Of a DNA stretch of 64,000 nucleotides, positions 57,903-64,000 are shown piece after piece. The position numbers were made by a program, and so were the translations under genes. The notes under the pieces are model-generated. The model was given only the letters and a program-made list of their open reading frames with translations. It had not been told where the DNA came from and did not search any database. Source of the DNA: Sulfitobacter sp. (GTDB taxonomy: Bacteria; Pseudomonadota; Alphaproteobacteria; Rhodobacterales; Rhodobacteraceae); NCBI GenBank assembly GCA_051252055.1, contig JBPOFD010000006.1, positions 62,657 to 126,656 of the forward strand. The letters run 5' to 3'. Within the stretch, counting starts at the first letter, position 1. Each line of letters opens with the position of its first letter.

Positions 57903-58463
57903 GTGGCCACAAGCGACAAGCCATTGCTGATCAAGCGGTACGCCAGCCGTCGGCTTTATAACACTGAAACCAGCGATTACGTGACGCTCGAGGATATTGG
58001 CGGGTTCATCCGCGATGGGCGCGAGGTTCAGATTGTTGATCTGAAATCGGGTGATGATCTGACGCGGCAATATTTGCTCCAGATCATTGCCGAGCATGAG
58101 AGCCGGGGCGAGAATGTTTTGCCGGTGGATGTGCTCAATGATTTGGTGCGCAGCTATATGACGGGCAATGTCAGCGTGGTGCCGCAGTTCTTGCAGACCT
58201 CGTTTGCGATGTTGCGCGAAGGGCAGAGCCGGGCGATGGAGAATATGAGCGCCATCAACCCGATTGCCAAGATGCCCGGTTTCGAGGCCATGCAGGCCCA
58301 GCAACAGGCGTTTTTCAAAGCGATGACAGAGACCTGGCCTGCGGGCAGCAGCGGGCCCGAGCGCGGCGCTGGCAAAGAGACCAAAGAAGCGGGCGGCGAT
58401 GATTTGAACGCCATCAAGCAGCAGCTTGCCGAGCTTCAGGAAAAGCTGAGCAAGCTGAAGTAG
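57903..58463 (+). CDS. phaR: polyhydroxyalkanoate synthesis repressor
   Basis: GTG start with an AGGAGG RBS about 9 nt upstream; ...LLIKRYASRRLYNTETSDYVTLEDI is the PhaR signature. Confidence 0.92.
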   Translation: MATSDKPLLIKRYASRRLYNTETSDYVTLEDIGGFIRDGREVQIVDLKSGDDLTRQYLLQIIAEHESRGENVLPVDVLNDLVRSYMTGNVSVVPQFLQTSFAMLREGQSRAMENMSAINPIAKMPGFEAMQAQQQAFFKAMTETWPAGSSGPERGAGKETKEAGGDDLNAIKQQLAELQEKLSKLK

Positions 58464-58474
58464 GTTTTGCGGGA

Positions 58475-59635
58475 TCAGGCCGGTTCTGACGTGGCCTGAT
58501 CCAGAGCATCCAGCAGCGCGTCTGCCACCACATCACATTGATCGATACTGAGTTGCACGGGCAGGCGCACGTCGCAGGCGCGCATCAGCATGGCGCGGGT
58601 GCGCGGCAGGTCGGGCATCTCTTCGATGAATTGCCAGTTCCAGAAGGCGCGGGCATTATCGGCGCTTTGGCCAAAGACCTGTACCTTTATGCCGCGCTCT
58701 GCGGCGGCTTGGACAAAACGCGCGGTGGCTGTGCTGTCCATGCCCATCAGGTTGAACTGGATTGAATCGGGCGCGCGGGTTTCGGCGGGCAGGGGGGCGG
58801 GCACGTTGATTTGCGGCGCGGCGCTCAGGCGGGATGCCATATGGTCGTGGTTGCGGCGGCCTTGCGCCACCCGGCGGGGCAGTTCATCAAGTTGCGGGCG
58901 GATCAGCGCCGCCGAGAGGTTGTTGAGCCGCAGGTTGTAGAGCGGCAGTTTGTTCTGCCAGCGCGCAAAGGCGTTTTGCAGCACGTCATGTTTGCGCCAA
59001 TTATGCTCGTAAGCGCCGGACATGATGATGGCGCGGGCCACCAGATCGGCGTCATCGGTGATCAAGATGCCGCCTTCGCCTGCGTTGACCATTTTGTAAG
59101 ATTGGAAGGAGAAACAGCCGACCCGGCCAATGGTGCCGATTTTCCGGTCGTGCCAGAGCGTGCCAAGCGAATGGGCCGCGTCTTCGATCACCGGGATATC
59201 TGCCGCATCGCACAGCGCCATGATCGCGTCCATATCGGAGGTGTGGCCGCGCATGTGGCTGATGATCACTGCTTGGACCTGCGGCAATTTGGCTTCGAAA
59301 TCGCCCAGATCGATGCGGTAATTTTCGCCCACTTCGCACAGGATCGGCTGCAATCCGGCGTGGATCACTGCCGAGGGCACGGCGGCGAAGGTGAAGCCGG
59401 GAATCATCACCTTGGCGTCATTTGGCAGGTCCAGCGCCTTGAGCGAGAGGAACAGCGCCGCCGAGCAGGAGGAGACAGCCAACGCAAAGCGGCTGCCCAT
59501 CAGCGCGGCAAATTCGCGCTCCAGCAGCATGACAGGTGCGTTATCGGCGGCGGTATAGCGGAACAGATCGCCCGTGCTCAGCAGGCGGTCGACCTCTTCG
59601 CGGGCGGCATCGGGGATGGGTTCGGCGCTGTGCAT
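58475..59635 (-). CDS. DegT/DnrJ/EryC1/StrS-family PLP aminotransferase
   Basis: Trimmed to MHSAEPIPDAAREEV...; SCSAALFLSL and SFQSYKMVNAGEGG (PLP-Lys) motifs. Confidence 0.88.
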   Translation of the reverse strand: MHSAEPIPDAAREEVDRLLSTGDLFRYTAADNAPVMLLEREFAALMGSRFALAVSSCSAALFLSLKALDLPNDAKVMIPGFTFAAVPSAVIHAGLQPILCEVGENYRIDLGDFEAKLPQVQAVIISHMRGHTSDMDAIMALCDAADIPVIEDAAHSLGTLWHDRKIGTIGRVGCFSFQSYKMVNAGEGGILITDDADLVARAIIMSGAYEHNWRKHDVLQNAFARWQNKLPLYNLRLNNLSAALIRPQLDELPRRVAQGRRNHDHMASRLSAAPQINVPAPLPAETRAPDSIQFNLMGMDSTATARFVQAAAERGIKVQVFGQSADNARAFWNWQFIEEMPDLPRTRAMLMRACDVRLPVQLSIDQCDVVADALLDALDQATSEPA

Positions 59636-59740
59636 GTCGGGAAGGGTCACGGGGGGCAGTCTCCAAAGCAATTGGCGCGTCTTAACGCGTGTCGCAACTT
59701 AACGCATGTGAAGATTAGGTGACAACCAAAGAGCGCGGCG

Positions 59741-61048
59741 TCAAAGCCCTATCCGGTCGCGCATGGCGTACCAGCACATGGCCAGCACCAGCAGCGGATT
59801 GCGCAGGGCTGCGCCGCCGGGGAATGGCGAGGTGGGGATGCGCGACATGGTGTCGAACCCATCGCCATCGCCTATAATCGCCTGCGCCATCAGCTTGCCC
59901 GCATGGGTGGCGGTGCCAAGCCCGTGGCCCGAATAGCCCGAGGCAGAGAGGATGTTTGGCGCAACCCGCGCCATATAGGGCAGGCGTTTGAGGGTGATGG
60001 CCAGCGTGCCGCCCCATGCGTAGTCGATTTTCACATCGCGCAGGTCTGGGAAAACCACAGACATAGGTTTGCGCACTTTGGCGGCTATGTCGGTTGGAAA
60101 GCGGTAGCCATAGCTTTCGCCGCCGCCAAACAGCAGCCGTCCATCATGGCTCAGCCGGAAGTAATTCACCACAAAGCGGCTGTCAGCCACAGCCACGTCG
60201 CGCGGCATGATCTGGGCGGCGCGATCCCCCAAAGGTTCGGTTGCGGCGATGAAATTGTTGATCGGCATCACGCGGGCGGCGACCTTGCGGTTCAGCCCGC
60301 CCAGATAGCCATTGCAGGCCAGCACCACATGATCGGCCTCCACATGGCCCGTGTCGCAGCGCAGCACAGCGCGCGCGCCTTCGTCGATGTTGTGCACGGC
60401 GCTGCCTTCAAAGATCTGCACCCCGGCGGCCACACAGGCGCGGGCCAGCCCCAGTGCAAAATTCAGCGGGTGCAAATGCGCCGCGCCCATATCAAGCAGA
60501 CCGCCTTTGTAATCGGGCGATGCGCAGACGCCGCGCATGGCGGCATCATCCAGCGCCTCGATCTGGTCGTAGCCATAGGTCTTTTGCAGATGTTCCGCAT
60601 ATTCATGCAGATGCCCCACCTCGCTGGCGCTGGACCCTGTCCAGGCCACGCCGGGTTTGAGGTGAACCCCTGCCATGTCATGCTCGGCGATCAGGCCCTT
60701 GACCAAATCCTTGGCCTCTTCGCCCATTTCCCACAGGGCGCGGGCGTCTTGATGGCCGAGCAGTTTCTCAAGCCCGTCTTGCTCCACCCGCTGGCCCGAG
60801 CCAAGCTGTCCGCCATTGCGCCCGGAGGCACCAAAGCCCACGCGCTGGGCCTCCAGCACAATGACCCGCCGCCCGGCCTGCGCCAGATGCAGCGCAGCAG
60901 ACAGGCCGGTATAGCCCGCGCCCACCACACACACATCAGCGCGCTGCGCGCCTTGCAGCGGCGCAAACCGCGCCAAAGGCGTGGCGGTGGCGGCATACCA
61001 GCTTGCGGGGTATTCGCCCACACGGTCATTGGCATAAAGCAGGTTCAT
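59741..61048 (-). CDS. FAD-dependent oxidoreductase (gamma-glutamylputrescine oxidase PuuB-like)
   Basis: DVCVVGAGYTGLSAALHLAQAGRRVIVLE dinucleotide fold; 435 aa. Confidence 0.9.
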   Translation of the reverse strand: MNLLYANDRVGEYPASWYAATATPLARFAPLQGAQRADVCVVGAGYTGLSAALHLAQAGRRVIVLEAQRVGFGASGRNGGQLGSGQRVEQDGLEKLLGHQDARALWEMGEEAKDLVKGLIAEHDMAGVHLKPGVAWTGSSASEVGHLHEYAEHLQKTYGYDQIEALDDAAMRGVCASPDYKGGLLDMGAAHLHPLNFALGLARACVAAGVQIFEGSAVHNIDEGARAVLRCDTGHVEADHVVLACNGYLGGLNRKVAARVMPINNFIAATEPLGDRAAQIMPRDVAVADSRFVVNYFRLSHDGRLLFGGGESYGYRFPTDIAAKVRKPMSVVFPDLRDVKIDYAWGGTLAITLKRLPYMARVAPNILSASGYSGHGLGTATHAGKLMAQAIIGDGDGFDTMSRIPTSPFPGGAALRNPLLVLAMCWYAMRDRIGL

Positions 61049-61050
61049 GG

Positions 61051-61073
61051 CTTCACCCTTCTAAAAGTACTCA
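61051..61073 (-). repeat. dispersed intergenic motif, copy D, abutting a start codon
   Basis: The reverse complement reads TGAGTACTTTTAGAAGGGTGAAG-CC-ATG, so the motif ends 2 nt before the ATG of the oxidoreductase gene. Confidence 0.8.
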
Positions 61074-61094
61074 TGCACAGCAGATGCTGCGCGG

Positions 61095-62453
61095 TCACAC
61101 GTTCATCAAAAGATGCTCGCGCTCCCACGGGGAAATCACTTGCAGGAACTCGTCATATTCGGCGCGTTTCACGATGGAATAGACCCGGGCAAATTCTGGC
61201 CCCAGCACTTTGTGCAGGGCTTCGGCTTGCTCGAACAGGTTCAGCGCATCGCCCATCACGCGGGGGATGTCGCCATCGCCCTCATAGGCATCGCCTTTGA
61301 ATTCCGCATCGGGTTTTTTGCCTTCCATCAGGCCCAGATAGCCGCAGGCGAGGCTGGCGGCGATGCCCAGATAGGGGTTGCAATCCATTCCCGCGAGGCG
61401 GTTTTCCACCCGGCGCGCGGCGGGGCCGGAAAGCGGCACGCGGATGCCCGTGGTGCGGTTGTCGCGGCCCCAGCACAGGTTGATTGGTGCTGCGTGGTCT
61501 TTCACATAGCGCCGATAGCTGTTCACATAGGGCGCAATCACCGCCAGCGCGTCTGGCATGTGGTTTTGTAGCCCTGCGATGAAGTGGTAAAACGCATCGG
61601 TTTCGCCGCCGTCGCTGTCGGAGAAGATGTTTTTGCCTGTCTCGCTGTCCAGCACCGAGTGGTGGATATGCATGGCGCTGCCCGGCTCGTCTGCGATGGG
61701 TTTGGCCATAAACGTGGCATAGCAATCATGGCGCATTGCAGCTTCGCGGATCAGGCGTTTGAAATAGAACACCTCATCGGCCAGTTTCACCGGATCGCCA
61801 TGGGCGAGGTTGATCTCGAGCTGGCCTGCGCCGCCTTCTTGGGTGATGCCGTCGATCTCGAAGCCTTGGGCTTCGGCGAAATCATAGATGTCGTCGATCA
61901 CCGGGCCAAATTCATCCACTGCGGTCATGGAATAGGCTTGGCGGGCGGCGGCGGGGCGGCCCGAGCGGCCCATCATGGGTTTGATCTCATGGGCGGGATC
62001 AAGGTTGCGCGCCACGAGGAAAAATTCCATTTCGGGGGCCACAACAGGTTCCCAGCCTTCGGCGCGGTAAAGCTCGACCACGCGTTTAAGCACGTTGCGC
62101 GGGGAATAGGGCACCGGGTCGCCATCGCGGTCATAGGCGTCGTGGATGACCTGCAAGGTCCAATCCCCGGTCCAAGGCGCGGCGGTGGCGGTGGTCATGT
62201 CCGGGCGCAGGATCATGTCTTTTTCGATAAAGCCGTCTTCGCCTGCGGCTTCGCCCCATTCGCCGGTGATGGTTTGGTAAAAGATGCTGTCGGGCAGGTG
62301 GAAATAATCCTGACGGGCAAATTTGCTGGCGGGTACGGCCTTGCCGCGGGCAATGCCGGGCAGGTCGGGGATGATACATTCAACTTCATCAAGCCGCCGG
62401 CCGCTCAGGTAATCGCGCGCGGCGTCGGGCAGGTCTTGGGTCCAGTCAGACAT
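61095..62453 (-). CDS. glutamine synthetase-family gamma-glutamyl-amine synthetase (PuuA/SpuB-like)
   Basis: 452 aa; GS catalytic-domain motifs (GAGQLEINL, MHIHHS, NRTTGIRVP). Confidence 0.92.
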   Translation of the reverse strand: MSDWTQDLPDAARDYLSGRRLDEVECIIPDLPGIARGKAVPASKFARQDYFHLPDSIFYQTITGEWGEAAGEDGFIEKDMILRPDMTTATAAPWTGDWTLQVIHDAYDRDGDPVPYSPRNVLKRVVELYRAEGWEPVVAPEMEFFLVARNLDPAHEIKPMMGRSGRPAAARQAYSMTAVDEFGPVIDDIYDFAEAQGFEIDGITQEGGAGQLEINLAHGDPVKLADEVFYFKRLIREAAMRHDCYATFMAKPIADEPGSAMHIHHSVLDSETGKNIFSDSDGGETDAFYHFIAGLQNHMPDALAVIAPYVNSYRRYVKDHAAPINLCWGRDNRTTGIRVPLSGPAARRVENRLAGMDCNPYLGIAASLACGYLGLMEGKKPDAEFKGDAYEGDGDIPRVMGDALNLFEQAEALHKVLGPEFARVYSIVKRAEYDEFLQVISPWEREHLLMNV

Positions 62454-63133
62454 TACGATCTCTCTTTCTTGAAGAATGCCGCCATTTGATCCGCAACGAT
62501 CTGGCTGTCGATCGGGGCCTGCAAGGTGGCGTTGGCCGCGTCGAGCTGTTGGTCGGGCACGGTGCCCTTGCCGCGGGTGCGCAGCAGCCCCTCGACAAAA
62601 TCGGAATTAAACTCGGGGTGGGGTTGGATGGTCCAGATCCGGTCATCATAGATCAGGGCGGCATTTTCGCAAAAGCTGGACGAGCCAATAACTTCGGCGC
62701 CTTCGGGGCGCTGGGTGACTTGGTCTTGGTGCCATGCGTTGAGGGCCACGGTTTTGCCGTCCAGATCATATTCGACCCGGCCCACGGACCAGCCGCCGCC
62801 GAATTTCTCGACTTTGCCGCCAAGCGCTTGGGCGATGATCTGGTGGCCAAAGCACACGCCAATCATGGGCCGCCCATCGGCATAGGTTTCGCGGATGAAA
62901 TCCTCGAGCGGCGCAATCCATGGGTGATCTTCATAGGCCCCGTGTTTGGAGCCAGTGATCAGCCAGCCATCGGCCCTGGTGATGGCATCTGGAAATTCGC
63001 CATCCACCACGCGCCAGCTTTCAAATTCGAACCCATGCCCGCCCAGCAGGCGCGGGAACATTTGTCCGTAATGGCCATGCTCGGGGACCAGTTCGTCGGG
63101 CGCGTGGCCTGTGATTAAGATGCCGATTTTCAT
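62453..63133 (-). CDS. class I glutamine amidotransferase-like protein
   Basis: GVCFGHQ nucleophile elbow and HPE triad motif. TAATG 1-nt overlap with the downstream GS-like gene. Confidence 0.88.
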   Translation of the reverse strand: MKIGILITGHAPDELVPEHGHYGQMFPRLLGGHGFEFESWRVVDGEFPDAITRADGWLITGSKHGAYEDHPWIAPLEDFIRETYADGRPMIGVCFGHQIIAQALGGKVEKFGGGWSVGRVEYDLDGKTVALNAWHQDQVTQRPEGAEVIGSSSFCENAALIYDDRIWTIQPHPEFNSDFVEGLLRTRGKGTVPDQQLDAANATLQAPIDSQIVADQMAAFFKKERS

Positions 63134-63136
63134 GGG

Positions 63137-64000
63137 TTACACCGTGTCCAGATAGATCTCTGTTTGCTCTGCCGCGTCAAGCTCGGACATGTGCAGCAGC
63201 TCTTGCCGTTTGGTCATCACAAAGTTGCGGATCAGGTTTGGCGCAAAAATCCGCGCCATATCGGCGTCTTTTTCAAACGCGTCGATGGCATCGCCCCATG
63301 TGGAGGGGATTTGCGGCAGATCGGCTTTATAGGCGTTGCCGGTGATGGGTTCGGGCGGCAATTTGCCATCCTCGATCCCGTTGATCGCAGCGCCCAGTAC
63401 AGCCGCCAGCATCAGATAGGGGTTCACATCGCCGCCCGCAACGCGGTGTTCGATGCGCCGCGCGCGGCGGTCGCCCGAGGGAATGCGAATGGCGGCGGTG
63501 CGGTTCTCATAGGCCCAAGACACGCCCGTGGGCGCATGTGCGCCGGGCACCATCCGTTGATAGCTGTTGGCATGAGGCGCAAAGATCAGCGCCGAGCCGG
63601 GCATGGCCGAAAGACAGCCCTGAACCGCGTGGCGCATCATGTCTGTGCCCTTTTCGGTGCCATCGTCAAAGACGTTATTGCCGTCTTTATCCAGCACCGA
63701 GAAATGCACATGCAGGCCAGAACCGGCGTAATCCTCATAGGGTTTCGCCATGAAGCTGGCGGCGAAATTATGCCGCCGGGCCAAACCTTTGACCAACATT
63801 TTGAACAGCCAAGCATCATCGGCGGCGCGCAGGGCGTCGTCGCTGTGCATCAGGTTGATCTCGAACTGGCCCAGACCTGCCTCGGAGATCGCCGTGTCGG
63901 CGGGAATGTCCATTTCTTCGCAGGCGTCATAGAGATCGGTGAAGAATTCATCGAACTGGTCCAGCGCCCGCAGCGACAGGATCTCGCCCGCCACCCGGCG
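63137..64000 (-). CDS. second glutamine synthetase-family protein (5' end outside window)
   Basis: The frame stays open to the window edge. The C-terminal GS catalytic domain is present (GLGQFEINL, LHVHFS, NRTAAIRIP). Confidence 0.85.
   Translation of the reverse strand, partial: RRVAGEILSLRALDQFDEFFTDLYDACEEMDIPADTAISEAGLGQFEINLMHSDDALRAADDAWLFKMLVKGLARRHNFAASFMAKPYEDYAGSGLHVHFSVLDKDGNNVFDDGTEKGTDMMRHAVQGCLSAMPGSALIFAPHANSYQRMVPGAHAPTGVSWAYENRTAAIRIPSGDRRARRIEHRVAGGDVNPYLMLAAVLGAAINGIEDGKLPPEPITGNAYKADLPQIPSTWGDAIDAFEKDADMARIFAPNLIRNFVMTKRQELLHMSELDAAEQTEIYLDTV

Overview
High-GC (about 60%+) chromosomal segment, by gene content an alphaproteobacterium, probably Rhodobacterales. It is densely packed (about 65 CDS) and mostly core housekeeping: lysC-ptsP, pcm-tolC-PopZ-like, cobQ, efp, ppk-hdaA, pepT, proS, lolCE/lolD, parE, aspartate aminotransferase, sdhE, thyA-folA, thrS and a complete PHA locus (phaZ-phaC-phaP-phaR). 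I found no rRNA, tRNA, CRISPR array, transposase or integrase. Many long ORFs in the six-frame track are antisense artefacts of high GC, and several real genes carry false N-terminal extensions, which I trimmed to starts supported by signal peptides, RBS or ATGA-type coupling. Loci worth a second look: (1) a bufferin-type RiPP cluster at 44226..46918 (DUF2282 Cys-rich precursor, DUF692/MNIO, DUF2063, DoxX) with a perfect hairpin after the precursor gene; (2) a Slam-like (TPR + DUF560 barrel) outer-membrane protein paired with a TbpB/fHbp-like lipoprotein at 38104..40594; (3) a low-GC single-gene islet encoding a membrane ORFan just downstream of parE; (4) a 23-26 nt AT-rich motif dispersed four times in intergenic DNA; (5) a translationally coupled envelope operon of unknown function at the left edge; (6) a gamma-glutamylation-type amine catabolic cluster with two glutamine-synthetase paralogues at the right edge. 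All family assignments come from reading the translated ORFs by eye. No database search was run.
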